The notes under the pieces were generated by a model. The model was not told the DNA's origin, ran no database searches, and was given only the letters and a program-made list of their open reading frames with translations. Made by a program: the position numbers and the translations under genes. This document shows, one piece after another, positions 37,198 through 46,936 of a stretch of DNA of 64,000 bases; the stretch's first letter is position 1, and each line of letters starts with the position of its first letter. The stretch spans positions 5,286 to 69,285 of the forward strand of contig DATFAP010000010.1 in the NCBI GenBank assembly GCA_035254545.1, given 5' to 3'. Source of the DNA: Sediminibacterium sp. (GTDB lineage: Bacteria; Bacteroidota; Bacteroidia; Chitinophagales; Chitinophagaceae).

Positions 37198-37743
37198 GTG
37201 ATAAGCATGACAGAAACCAACAATACAGCCATTGATTTTCCCGGCCAGGTTCATGAAACACCCGGCGGAGGAATTGTGCTGAGTAAACTGGACGATGTGA
37301 TTAACTGGGCCAGGTCCAATTCCCTTTGGCCATTGACCTTTGCCACCAGTTGCTGCGGTATCGAAATGATGTCTGTAGCCGGCGCTAAATATGATTTTTC
37401 CCGTTTTGGATTTGAAGTGGCCAGGGCTACCCCCCGACAGGCGGATGTGATCATTATTGCCGGAACCATTGTAAACAAAATGGCTCCTGTGCTTAAGCGG
37501 TTGTACGACCAGATGGCTGATCCGAAATATGTAATAGCCATGGGTGCCTGCGCTATCAGCGGCGGCCCCTTCTTTTATAATACCTATTCTGTGGTAAAAG
37601 GCGCCGATCATATTATTCCGGTGGATGTATATGTGGCCGGCTGTCCTCCCAGACCCGAGGCCCTGCTGCATGCATTAATCAGCCTGCAGGAGAAAATCAA
37701 AAGCGGTTTAACCAGAGAGCAAATCAGATCAGGAAACCAATAA
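37198..37743 (+). CDS. nuoB: NADH-quinone oxidoreductase subunit B
   Basis: [17 protein letters not shown] and GCPPRPE are the N2 cluster ligands. Confidence 0.95.
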   Translation: MISMTETNNTAIDFPGQVHETPGGGIVLSKLDDVINWARSNSLWPLTFATSCCGIEMMSVAGAKYDFSRFGFEVARATPRQADVIIIAGTIVNKMAPVLKRLYDQMADPKYVIAMGACAISGGPFFYNTYSVVKGADHIIPVDVYVAGCPPRPEALLHALISLQEKIKSGLTREQIRSGNQ

Positions 37744-37745
37744 TT

Positions 37746-38204
37746 ATGCAGAACGAAGAATTGAAGGCGATCATTACTGAACTGCTTCCTGCCGCTACTT
37801 TTGAAGAGGGGGGCGAATGGGTGAATGTGTATGTGGAAGCTGCAGATTTGTTAGTGCTGGCTCAAAAACTGCGCAACAATCAAGCCCTGAATTTCGATTA
37901 CCTCTTTTGCCTTACCTGTGTAGACTGGAAGACCTATCTGACCATGGTATACCACTTCAGTTCCACCCAGTATCGTCACAATATAGTTGTGAAAGTGAAA
38001 CTGGACAGAAACAGGCCCGAGGTGGAAACCCTGTCTGCAATCTGGAGAACTGCTGAATTTCATGAAAGAGAAGTATACGAAATGTTCGGTGTGAATTTTC
38101 TGAACCATCCCGATCTGCGGTTGCTGATTTTGCCCGATGGATGGGAAGGTAAGAATCCACTGAGAAAAGATTTTGAGGATCCTATTAATATGATCAAACT
38201 TTGA
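37746..38204 (+). CDS. nuoC: NADH-quinone oxidoreductase subunit C
   Basis: Contains the 30-kDa subunit motif EREVYEMFGVNFLNHPDLRLLILPDGWEG. Confidence 0.85.
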   Translation: MQNEELKAIITELLPAATFEEGGEWVNVYVEAADLLVLAQKLRNNQALNFDYLFCLTCVDWKTYLTMVYHFSSTQYRHNIVVKVKLDRNRPEVETLSAIWRTAEFHEREVYEMFGVNFLNHPDLRLLILPDGWEGKNPLRKDFEDPINMIKL

Positions 38205-38205
38205 T

Positions 38206-39321
38206 ATGGTTGAAGAAATAGGCAAAACAATGGAAGGTGACTTAGTTATCAATGTGGGGCCGCAACACCCTGCAACGCATGGCGTATTGCACCTGGTGAT
38301 TACACTGAACGGGGAAACCATCAAAAATGTGGAACCGCATTTAGGCTATATACACCGCTCCATCGAAAAGATGAGTGAAAGCCTTACGTATCGTCAGTTT
38401 ATATATGTTACGAGCCGGATGGACTATCTGAGTGCCCATATCAATAACCATGCCTGCGCCATGTGCGTTGAGAAAGGCCTGCAGGTGGAAGTTCCGGAAA
38501 GAGCGCAGGTGATCCGCGTGATCATGGATGAGCTTACCAGGATTGCTTCCCATGAATTGTGGTGGGGTGCCATGGCCATGGATCTTGGGGCATTGACACC
38601 TTTCTTTTATGCATTCCGCGAAAGAGAAACCATCAACGAAATCATGGAAGAAACCTGTGGCGCGCGGTTGACAATGAACTATATGGTTCCCGGAGGAGTA
38701 CTGCAGGACCTGCATCCTGATTTTCAGCGGAAAGTAAAGGAGTTCATTCAACTGTATAAGCGCAAGATTCATGAGTATGATGAACTGGTAACGGGTAATA
38801 TTATTTTTCAGAACAGGATGAAAGGTGTTGGCTATTTAAGCCCCGAAGATGCAATCTCCTACGGATGTTCCGGGCCTGTAACAAGGGGAAGCGGCGTTAG
38901 CTCTGATGTTCGTAAAATATATCCTTACGAAATATATGATAAACTGCAGTTTGACGAGGTACTGGAAACAGGCTGCGATTCCTTTGCGCGTTACCTGGTG
39001 AGGGTTCGGGAAATGGAGCAGTCTGTGCGCATTATAGAACAACTGATTGACAATATCCCGGAGGGAGATTATCAGGCCAAAACCAAGGCTGTATTGAAAT
39101 TACCCAAGGGAGAATTTTATCAACGGGTAGAAACTGCCCGCGGCGAACTGGGAGTGTACATTGTAAGTGAGGGTGGAACAACTCCTTACAGGATTAAATA
39201 TCGTTCACCCGGTTTTTCCAATCTTTCCGTGCTGAATAAAATTGCAACTGGTAGTAAACTGGGCGATCTGGTTGCCATGATGGGAACACTTGATTTAGTA
39301 ATACCTGATATAGACAGATAA
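38206..39321 (+). CDS. nuoD: NADH-quinone oxidoreductase subunit D
   Basis: NVGPQHPATHGVLHL, RIKYRSPGFSNL and the C-terminal DLVIPDIDR. Confidence 0.95.
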   Translation: MVEEIGKTMEGDLVINVGPQHPATHGVLHLVITLNGETIKNVEPHLGYIHRSIEKMSESLTYRQFIYVTSRMDYLSAHINNHACAMCVEKGLQVEVPERAQVIRVIMDELTRIASHELWWGAMAMDLGALTPFFYAFRERETINEIMEETCGARLTMNYMVPGGVLQDLHPDFQRKVKEFIQLYKRKIHEYDELVTGNIIFQNRMKGVGYLSPEDAISYGCSGPVTRGSGVSSDVRKIYPYEIYDKLQFDEVLETGCDSFARYLVRVREMEQSVRIIEQLIDNIPEGDYQAKTKAVLKLPKGEFYQRVETARGELGVYIVSEGGTTPYRIKYRSPGFSNLSVLNKIATGSKLGDLVAMMGTLDLVIPDIDR

Positions 39322-39322
39322 T

Positions 39323-40399
39323 ATGTGGAGTTTAAGTCAAATAGCCGGTTCAATTCATGAATGGTTGAGTACAACCTTCAATCCTGCCATTGCGTTTATT
39401 TTGGAAATGGTGATTGCCGGCGTGGCCATCATTGGCCTGTTTGCCGTGCTGGGGCTGGTGCTGGTAATTATGGAAAGGAAAGTGGCGGCATGGATCCAGA
39501 TCCGTCTAGGCCCCAACAGGGTAGGGCCTAAGGGCTTATTACAATCTGCTGCAGATACGGTGAAACTGCTGGTAAAAGAAAGCATGACTCCGGATGGCGC
39601 CGATAAATTCCTGTTCAACCTGGCCCCGTTTGTTGCAATGATTGTGGCCATGCTGCTGATGGCTCCCATTGCATTTGCAAAAGATTTTCAACTCTGGGAT
39701 TTGAATATCGGGGTTTTATATGTGTCTTCCGTTTCCTCTATTATGGTCATCAGTATCCTGATGGCGGGATGGAGCAGTAACAATAAATATTCGCTCATGG
39801 GCGCCATGAGAAGCGGCGCGCAGATTGTGAGCTATGAATTGTCTGCCGGCCTGGCTATCCTCTCCATTGTTGTACTGACCGGCAGCTTACAGATTTCAGA
39901 AATTGTGCAGTCCCAGGCCAATGGCTGGTGGCTGTTCAAAGGGCATATCCCTGCCATCATTGCATTTGTAATTTTCATGATTGCCGTTACGGCAGAAACC
40001 AACCGTGCACCGTTCGATCTGGCCGAAGCGGAGTCTGAACTGACCGCTGGATTCCATACAGAATATTCCGGTATGAAATTCGCCCTGTTCTTCCTCTCCG
40101 AATATGTAAACGTATTTATTGTTTGCGCAATCGGCGCCACCCTGTTCCTGGGTGGATGGATGCCATTCCATATCGGGAACTGGGAAGCTTTCAATCATAT
40201 CATGGATTATATCCCCTCCAGTATATGGTTCTTCGGAAAAACTTTTTTTCTGATTTTCCTGATCATGTGGTTCCGGTGGACTTTCCCCAGACTGCGTATT
40301 GATCAGTTGTTAAACCTGGAATGGAAATATTTATTACCCATCAGCATGGTAAACCTCTTGCTGATGACAGCATTGGCCATATTGGGCTGGCACTTTTAA
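39323..40399 (+). CDS. nuoH: NADH-quinone oxidoreductase subunit H
   Basis: ERKVAAWIQIRLGPNRVGPKGLLQ with 8 TM. It starts 1 nt after the nuoD stop. Confidence 0.95.
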   Translation: MWSLSQIAGSIHEWLSTTFNPAIAFILEMVIAGVAIIGLFAVLGLVLVIMERKVAAWIQIRLGPNRVGPKGLLQSAADTVKLLVKESMTPDGADKFLFNLAPFVAMIVAMLLMAPIAFAKDFQLWDLNIGVLYVSSVSSIMVISILMAGWSSNNKYSLMGAMRSGAQIVSYELSAGLAILSIVVLTGSLQISEIVQSQANGWWLFKGHIPAIIAFVIFMIAVTAETNRAPFDLAEAESELTAGFHTEYSGMKFALFFLSEYVNVFIVCAIGATLFLGGWMPFHIGNWEAFNHIMDYIPSSIWFFGKTFFLIFLIMWFRWTFPRLRIDQLLNLEWKYLLPISMVNLLLMTALAILGWHF

Positions 40400-40420
40400 T
40401 GATAGATATAAACAGATAAA

Positions 40421-40897
40421 ATGTTTTTAAAAGATTATATAAAAGAGGTGTACGGAGCAGTAAAATCGCTGGTGACAGGTATGCGCCGCACTGGTTACTA
40501 TTTTACGCACCACAAGGAAATCATTACTGAACAGTATCCCGATAACCGTGCCACCCTGAAACTGGCAGACCGGTTTAAAGGGGAAGTGGTGATGCCGCAT
40601 GATGAGAATAATGAGCACAGATGTACGGGCTGTACCGCCTGTGAACTGGCTTGTCCGAACGGTACCATTAAAGTGGTTACCAGATTCGATATTACTCCGG
40701 AAGGAAAGAAGAAGAAAGCTATTGATAAACTGGTATACCATCTGGAACTCTGTACAATGTGCAACCTCTGTGTTACGGCCTGCCCTTCTGATGCCATCAA
40801 AATGGCCCAGACCTTCGAGCACAGTGTGTACGACAGAAGCAAACTGACAAAAATATTAAATAACCCCGGTTCTAAAATCATGGAAGGTGTAGAATGA
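40421..40897 (+). CDS. nuoI: NADH-quinone oxidoreductase subunit I
   Basis: Two 4Fe-4S motifs: CTGCTACELACP and CTMCNLCVTACP. Confidence 0.9.
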   Translation: MFLKDYIKEVYGAVKSLVTGMRRTGYYFTHHKEIITEQYPDNRATLKLADRFKGEVVMPHDENNEHRCTGCTACELACPNGTIKVVTRFDITPEGKKKKAIDKLVYHLELCTMCNLCVTACPSDAIKMAQTFEHSVYDRSKLTKILNNPGSKIMEGVE

Positions 40898-41415
40898 TGA
40901 GCGGATCAACCATACTATTTTATTTGCTCGCAGCGCTTACATTAACCTGCGGCCTGTTGTCTGTAACTACCCGGCATATTTTCCGTGCGGCCATTTATGT
41001 GCTTTTTGCACTGATTGGTATTGCAGGCCTTTATTTCTGGATGGAGTATGAATTTATTGCCGCAGTGCAAATTGTGGTGTATGTGGGAGGGATCGTTGTA
41101 TTGATCATCTTCTCCATATTTCTTACACAGCAGGCTGGCGAAAAGCTGGCCAAACCCGCGCTCAACCGGCAGTTGTTTTCTGCACTGGCAGTGTTCTGCG
41201 GTTTTGCATTGACGCTGTTACAGGTATTTCAACACGAATTCAAAGCAGGTACTGAAACTGCGTTGCCGCCAACTGTGGCGAATATTGGTAACAGTATGCT
41301 GAACATCAACGAAAGTGGTTATGCACTGCCGTTTGAAGTAATCTCCCTGTTATTACTGGCTGCGCTGGTGGGCTGTATTGTTATTGCATTAAGAAGTAAA
41401 CCGGAAACAAAATGA
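40894..41415 (+). CDS. nuoJ: NADH-quinone oxidoreductase subunit J
   Basis: 173 aa with 5 TM. VQIVVYVGGIVVL is ND6-like. ATGA overlap with nuoI. Confidence 0.8.
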   Translation: MMSGSTILFYLLAALTLTCGLLSVTTRHIFRAAIYVLFALIGIAGLYFWMEYEFIAAVQIVVYVGGIVVLIIFSIFLTQQAGEKLAKPALNRQLFSALAVFCGFALTLLQVFQHEFKAGTETALPPTVANIGNSMLNINESGYALPFEVISLLLLAALVGCIVIALRSKPETK

Positions 41416-41726
41416 TGGAACCAGGACTTTACCATATTTTATTCATCAGCGCCGCGCTGTTTTTTATTGGCGTTTATGGCTTCTTTACCCGTAGAAACCT
41501 GATTACGATGCTGATGAGTACCGAGTTGATCCTAAACAGTGTTAACCTGAATTTTATCGCATTCAATAAATATCTCTGGCCCGGAAAAATGGACGGGCTC
41601 TTCTTTACGGTATTTGTTATTGCAATTGCTGCAGCCGAAGCGGCCGTAGGAATCGCAATCATTATTAACCTCTACCGCAGCCACCAGTCCATTGATGTAG
41701 CATCCGCAGAAGACTTAAAGTATTAA
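41412..41726 (+). CDS. nuoK: NADH-quinone oxidoreductase subunit K
   Basis: 104 aa with 3 TM. Contains LMSTELILNSVNLNF and AAAEAAVGIAI. Confidence 0.85.
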   Translation: MMEPGLYHILFISAALFFIGVYGFFTRRNLITMLMSTELILNSVNLNFIAFNKYLWPGKMDGLFFTVFVIAIAAAEAAVGIAIIINLYRSHQSIDVASAEDLKY

Positions 41727-41729
41727 CCC

Positions 41730-43661
41730 ATGCCCAACGCCATTAATATAGCCCTGATTCCTTTGTTGCCCTTTGCAGGTTTTTTGTTGCTGGGCTTATT
41801 CGGCAAAAAATATTTCAGTAAAACCGCCGGCTTAATCGGCACTTTGCTATTGCTGATATCCTGCTTGCTCGCTTTCCAGACCGCATATGAATATTTCTTT
41901 GTGTACGGGAAAGTGGGCGGCACTTACCAGCAGTTTGTTCCATTGCAATTTGTATGGCTGCAATTTTCCAAAACACTTTCCATTGATATGGGGCTGATGA
42001 TTGACCCTATTTCGGTGGTCATGCTGCTGGTAGTAACATTTGTGTCACTGATGGTGCATATTTACAGCCTGGGGTATATGAAGGGAGAAGCGCGCTTCCC
42101 CGTTTATTATTCCTTTCTCGGGCTGTTCTCCTTTTCCATGCTTGGCCTGGTGCTGGCTACCAATATTTTCCAGATCTATATATTCTGGGAACTGGTGGGG
42201 GTGTCTTCCTTTCTGTTGATTGGTTTCTATTATGAAAAGCCGAGTGCAGTGGCTGCCAGCAAGAAAGCATTTATCGTTACCCGTTTTGCCGATCTCGGAT
42301 TTTTGATTGGTATCCTGATATTGAGTTACTGTTCCAACACACTGAGTTTTGCTGAACTGATTCAACGGCTTACCACCCCCGGCTCTTCGGAGCTGCAAAC
42401 CGCTGCCGGTTACTCTTTCATGGGTATTTCCGCATTAACCTGGGGCGCTGTGCTGGTATTCATTGGTGGTGCAGGTAAGAGCGCCCTGTTTCCGTTGCAT
42501 ATCTGGTTGCCCGATGCCATGGAAGGTCCTACTCCGGTATCTGCCCTGATCCATGCCGCTACCATGGTAGTAGCCGGTGTTTATCTGGTTGCCCGGTTGT
42601 TCCCTGTTTTCGCTATTACCACACCCGAAGTGCTGGAAGGTATTGGCTGGATTGGCGCCGTATCTGCCATTTTTGCTGCCGTCATAGCCTGTACGCAAAC
42701 CGATATTAAAAGAGTATTGGCATATTCCACCATGTCGCAGATCGGTTACATGATGTTTGCACTGGGAGTATCCAAATACGGAGGTGAAGAAGGATTGGGT
42801 TATACCGCTTCCATCTTCCATCTGTTTACACATGCCATGTTCAAAGCCCTGCTCTTTCTGGGTGCGGGCTCTGTGATTCACTATGTGCACAGCAATGAAA
42901 TGAAGGATATGGGCGGCCTCCGCAAGTACCTGCCCATTACACATATTACTTTCCTGATTGCCTGTCTGGCTATTGCGGGTGTACCTCCGCTGGCCGGCTT
43001 TTTCAGCAAGGAAGAAATATTGCTGGCGGCTTATCAGCACAACACAACGATCTATTATATTGGCCTGATCACTTCCGGTATCACTGCCTTTTATATGTTC
43101 CGGTTGTATTTCAATATTTTCTGGAGCAAGCCGTATCATCCGCATGGCGAACACCATGGAGAAGGAGGCTTTGTAATGACGCTGCCGCTGGTATTGCTCG
43201 CTTTAGGCGCTTTGTTTGCCGGATTTATTCCTTTTGGAACACTGGTAAGTTCCGACGGAAAGCCACTCGAATCTCATTTTCATTTGTCGTTCTCCATTGC
43301 ACCGGTTGCAGTGGGACTGGCCGGAATTTTTGCTGCGCTGGCGCTGTACAAATCCAAAAACGACCGGCCAGACAGGATCAGCGCTTCGTTGGGAGGTTTA
43401 TACACTGCAGCATATCACAAGTTTTATATTGACGAATTATACCTGTTTGTTACAAAGAAAGTTCTCTTCAACCTGGTTGGCCGGCCGGCTGCCTGGTTCG
43501 ACCGGAATGTGGTAGATGGGATGGTGAATTTAACAGGAAATATAACCTTGTCTGTATCTGAGGGAATCAGGAAAATGCAATCCGGTAAAGTGCAACAGTA
43601 TGGTATTTATGTGCTGTGTTCAGTGATTGTATTGTCTGTATTGTTCATATATGTATGGTGA
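41730..43661 (+). CDS. nuoL: NADH-quinone oxidoreductase subunit L
   Basis: 643-aa antiporter-like subunit. Contains GKSALFPLHIWLPDAMEGPTPVSALIHAATMV and a long C-terminal amphipathic extension. Confidence 0.9.
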   Translation: MPNAINIALIPLLPFAGFLLLGLFGKKYFSKTAGLIGTLLLLISCLLAFQTAYEYFFVYGKVGGTYQQFVPLQFVWLQFSKTLSIDMGLMIDPISVVMLLVVTFVSLMVHIYSLGYMKGEARFPVYYSFLGLFSFSMLGLVLATNIFQIYIFWELVGVSSFLLIGFYYEKPSAVAASKKAFIVTRFADLGFLIGILILSYCSNTLSFAELIQRLTTPGSSELQTAAGYSFMGISALTWGAVLVFIGGAGKSALFPLHIWLPDAMEGPTPVSALIHAATMVVAGVYLVARLFPVFAITTPEVLEGIGWIGAVSAIFAAVIACTQTDIKRVLAYSTMSQIGYMMFALGVSKYGGEEGLGYTASIFHLFTHAMFKALLFLGAGSVIHYVHSNEMKDMGGLRKYLPITHITFLIACLAIAGVPPLAGFFSKEEILLAAYQHNTTIYYIGLITSGITAFYMFRLYFNIFWSKPYHPHGEHHGEGGFVMTLPLVLLALGALFAGFIPFGTLVSSDGKPLESHFHLSFSIAPVAVGLAGIFAALALYKSKNDRPDRISASLGGLYTAAYHKFYIDELYLFVTKKVLFNLVGRPAAWFDRNVVDGMVNLTGNITLSVSEGIRKMQSGKVQQYGIYVLCSVIVLSVLFIYVW

Positions 43662-43684
43662 GAGCCATTGCTAAATAAGAATTG

Positions 43685-45163
43685 ATGAATCTATTATTAC
43701 TATTAGGAGCGCCTTTACTTACTGCCATCGCGGTACTGCTGTCTCGTAGCAAACAGCAGGTTAGACGGATTGCCCTGGCAGGATCTGTTGTTCAGTTGCT
43801 GTTCGCTTTACTGTTGCTGTTTGCGTTCCGTGCAGAACGCTCGGCTGGACAGGCGGCACAAATGCTGTTTGAACAGAATTTTCCGCTGATTGATGCGCTG
43901 AATATTCATTTTCATATAGGAGTGGATGGAATCTCCGTTTCCATGATCCTGCTCACAGCGCTGGTGGTGATTGCCGGTGTGCTGGTTTCCTGGAACATTG
44001 AAAAAATGACTAAGGAGTTTTATTTTCTCCTGATCCTTCTGGCGCTGGGCGCTTATGGATTCTTCATTTCACTCAATTTATTTGTGCTCTTTTTCTTCCT
44101 CGAAATTTCAGTGGTTCCCAAATACCTGTTGATCGGTATCTGGGGCAGCGGTAAAAAAGAATACAGCGCCAACAAACTGGTGTTGATGCTGATGATGGGT
44201 TCGGGGTTGATTATTGTTGGTATGCTCGGATTGTATTTCTCGGGTGGGCATGATTTTGATATCATGAACCTCGCTGCTGCGCAGATTTCCACAGACCGGC
44301 AAAACCTGATCTTTCCTTTCATGTTTCTTGGATTTGGTGTGTTCACTGCCTTGTTTCCGTTACATACCTGGGTGCCCGACGGTCATTCATCCGCACCAAC
44401 TGCGGGTTCCATGTTCCTGGCGGGTATCTCCATGAAGCTGGGCGGATACGGTTGTTTAAGAGTGGCCGTTTATCTCCTGCCCGAAGGAGCCAGGGAATAT
44501 GCTAACATTATTATTGTGCTTTCTTCCATTGCCATATTGTATGGTGCATTTGTGACCATGATGCAGAAAGACCTGAAATACATCAACGCATACTCTTCGG
44601 TGAGCCACGTAGGGTTCAGCCTGCTGGCCATTGGCATGCTTACGCAAACTGCCATCACCGGTGCTTTGATGCAGATGATCTCACATGGCTTAATGACGGC
44701 TCTTTTCTTTGCCGTAATCGGAATGATTTACGACAGAACCCATACCCGCATGGTCAATGAAATGGGCGGGCTCATGAAAGTGATGCCTTTTATTACCACC
44801 GTATTGTTTTTGGTAGGTCTGTGTTCCCTGGGGCTGCCTGGTTTAAGCGGATTTGTGGCAGAAATGACGGTGTTTGTAGGGTCCTGGGAAAATGATACAG
44901 TGTTCCATCGGGTGGCAACCATTGCTGCCGCTATGTCGATTGTGGTGACAGCGGTTTATATACTCAGAGCGGTTGGTAAAACGGCCATGGGCCCTGTTAC
45001 CAATCCCGAACACCTGCAACTGAAAGATGCCAACTGGAACGAGAAGCTTGCTGCTGTCATACTGCTGACAGGGATCCTAAGTATTGGTCTTGCCCCCGGT
45101 TGGCTGAATGATCTGCTGACGCCGGGCGCTGAAATTATTGTGAACAGAATTGCTGGAAAATAA
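43685..45163 (+). CDS. nuoM: NADH-quinone oxidoreductase subunit M
   Basis: Contains PLHTWVPDGHSSAPTAGSMFLAGISMKLGGYG. ATG at 43685 preferred to TTG at 43682. Confidence 0.9.
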   Translation: MNLLLLLGAPLLTAIAVLLSRSKQQVRRIALAGSVVQLLFALLLLFAFRAERSAGQAAQMLFEQNFPLIDALNIHFHIGVDGISVSMILLTALVVIAGVLVSWNIEKMTKEFYFLLILLALGAYGFFISLNLFVLFFFLEISVVPKYLLIGIWGSGKKEYSANKLVLMLMMGSGLIIVGMLGLYFSGGHDFDIMNLAAAQISTDRQNLIFPFMFLGFGVFTALFPLHTWVPDGHSSAPTAGSMFLAGISMKLGGYGCLRVAVYLLPEGAREYANIIIVLSSIAILYGAFVTMMQKDLKYINAYSSVSHVGFSLLAIGMLTQTAITGALMQMISHGLMTALFFAVIGMIYDRTHTRMVNEMGGLMKVMPFITTVLFLVGLCSLGLPGLSGFVAEMTVFVGSWENDTVFHRVATIAAAMSIVVTAVYILRAVGKTAMGPVTNPEHLQLKDANWNEKLAAVILLTGILSIGLAPGWLNDLLTPGAEIIVNRIAGK

Positions 45164-45174
45164 ATTATAACAGG

Positions 45175-46572
45175 ATGAACGAATTGCTCCTATTGATGAA
45201 AAATGAACTGATGGTGACCGCCATTATTTTCCTGCTGTTGTTTATAAAAGTAGGCAAGGGGATGAACAATGACCGGTTGCTGCCATTGGTGCAAACGCTT
45301 TTGCTGGCGAACGTGATACTGGGTTTCTTCTTTAATCAGGAAGGATCGCTCTTTGGCAATATGTACCATACCACGCCATTGATTGCCTTACAAAAGAATA
45401 TACTGGGTTTGGGAGTGTACCTGATTTCGCTGGTTTGTTCCGACTGGTTAAAGAAAACAGAACACATGGCTGAATTCTTTTTACTGATGCTTTCTGCATT
45501 GCTGGGTATGTACCTGATGATTTCGGGCGGCAACCTTCTCATCTTTTATCTTTCCCTGGAACTGGCTACCATACCGGTTGCCGCAATGGCCAATTTTGAT
45601 CTTGATAAAAAAAGGTCTTCGGAAGGGGCCATGAAACTGATTCTTTCTTCCGCCTTCTCATCGGGCATACTGTTGTTTGGTATTTCCATGGTGTACGGCA
45701 TTACCGGTACCATCAGTTTTACTGAACTGCCGCAATTGGCAGATGGATCCAGCCTGTTCATCATGTCATTTATTTTTCTGTTCAGCGCACTTGCGTTTAA
45801 ACTGTCGATTGTTCCGTTTCATTTATGGACTGCGGATGTTTATGAAGGAGCACCGGTTCCGGTGACCGCCTTCTTATCGGTTGTGTCGAAGGGAGCGGTT
45901 GCATTTATTTTGATGACGGTACTGTACAAAGTATTTCAACCCATCGAAGCCACCTGGTACCTGCTGATCGTGATCCTGTCTGTTGCATCCATGCTGATCG
46001 GTAACCTTTTTGCCGTTCGTCAGCAGAGTATCAAGCGCTTCCTGGCATTCTCTTCTATTGCGCAGGTAGGTTTTATATTGGTGGGTGTAAGCAGCGGAGA
46101 CATCGGTAGTTCCACGGCTGTGGTATATTTTGTACTGGTTTACCTGTTCTCGAACCTGGCAGCCTTTGGGGTAGCTACGGTGATTGGAGAAAACAGCGGC
46201 AAGGAAAATATTGATGATTATAAAGGACTGTATCAAACCAACCCTTTCCTGAGCTGGGTGATGGCGCTGGCCCTGTTTTCCCTGGCCGGTATTCCACCCA
46301 CTGCGGGTTTCTTTGGTAAACTGTTCCTGCTGACCGCAGGCGGCTCCAAAGGCAGTTATGTATACCTGCTGATAGCGGCGCTGAACATGATCATTTCGCT
46401 GTACTATTATCTGCGTGTTGTTAGGGCCATCTTCATGGACAAGAACGAAACACCTGTTCCTGCTATCCGGATCGGAGCTTCCGTGAAACTGGGGATGATC
46501 ATTTGCAGTATTGGTATTGTACTGACCGGAATGATGGGCTGGATTTACGATTATATTCAATCATTACATTAG
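45175..46572 (+). CDS. nuoN: NADH-quinone oxidoreductase subunit N
   Basis: Contains VPFHLWTADVYEGAPVPVTAFLSVVSKGA. Confidence 0.85.
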   Translation: MNELLLLMKNELMVTAIIFLLLFIKVGKGMNNDRLLPLVQTLLLANVILGFFFNQEGSLFGNMYHTTPLIALQKNILGLGVYLISLVCSDWLKKTEHMAEFFLLMLSALLGMYLMISGGNLLIFYLSLELATIPVAAMANFDLDKKRSSEGAMKLILSSAFSSGILLFGISMVYGITGTISFTELPQLADGSSLFIMSFIFLFSALAFKLSIVPFHLWTADVYEGAPVPVTAFLSVVSKGAVAFILMTVLYKVFQPIEATWYLLIVILSVASMLIGNLFAVRQQSIKRFLAFSSIAQVGFILVGVSSGDIGSSTAVVYFVLVYLFSNLAAFGVATVIGENSGKENIDDYKGLYQTNPFLSWVMALALFSLAGIPPTAGFFGKLFLLTAGGSKGSYVYLLIAALNMIISLYYYLRVVRAIFMDKNETPVPAIRIGASVKLGMIICSIGIVLTGMMGWIYDYIQSLH

Positions 46573-46579
46573 TTGTATT

Positions 46580-46930
46580 ATGGCTATTAATAAAAATCAT
46601 GAATTTGAAGAGCTGGACGGTATCAAATGTGGTATTGTGGAAAAGCTGGTGTATCCGGAAAGACTCGCTTTCCTGAAAGACCTGCTGGGATACAACGGGT
46701 ATGTGGTTGTAGCTGTTCCCTCACCTGCCCCCAAAGAGGCGGCAACTGATGCGTCTGTAGAGGTTCCTGAAACGTATACAGTGGGCGTCAGCGATTATAC
46801 ATTCAACCCCATCAATGCTATTTACGGACGATTGTTGAAGACCAGGGACGGGCATGTGGTTACACCTGCTTACTGGCAGCAAAGAGAATCTGTTAGCCAC
46901 GATGAGATCCCTTATTATGAGCGCCAATAA
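46580..46930 (+). CDS. hypothetical soluble protein trailing the nuo operon
   Basis: 116 aa. ATG 8 nt after the nuoN stop on the same strand. No TM, no Fe-S motif and no family recognised. Confidence 0.5.
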   Translation: MAINKNHEFEELDGIKCGIVEKLVYPERLAFLKDLLGYNGYVVVAVPSPAPKEAATDASVEVPETYTVGVSDYTFNPINAIYGRLLKTRDGHVVTPAYWQQRESVSHDEIPYYERQ

Positions 46931-46936
46931 TAAATC

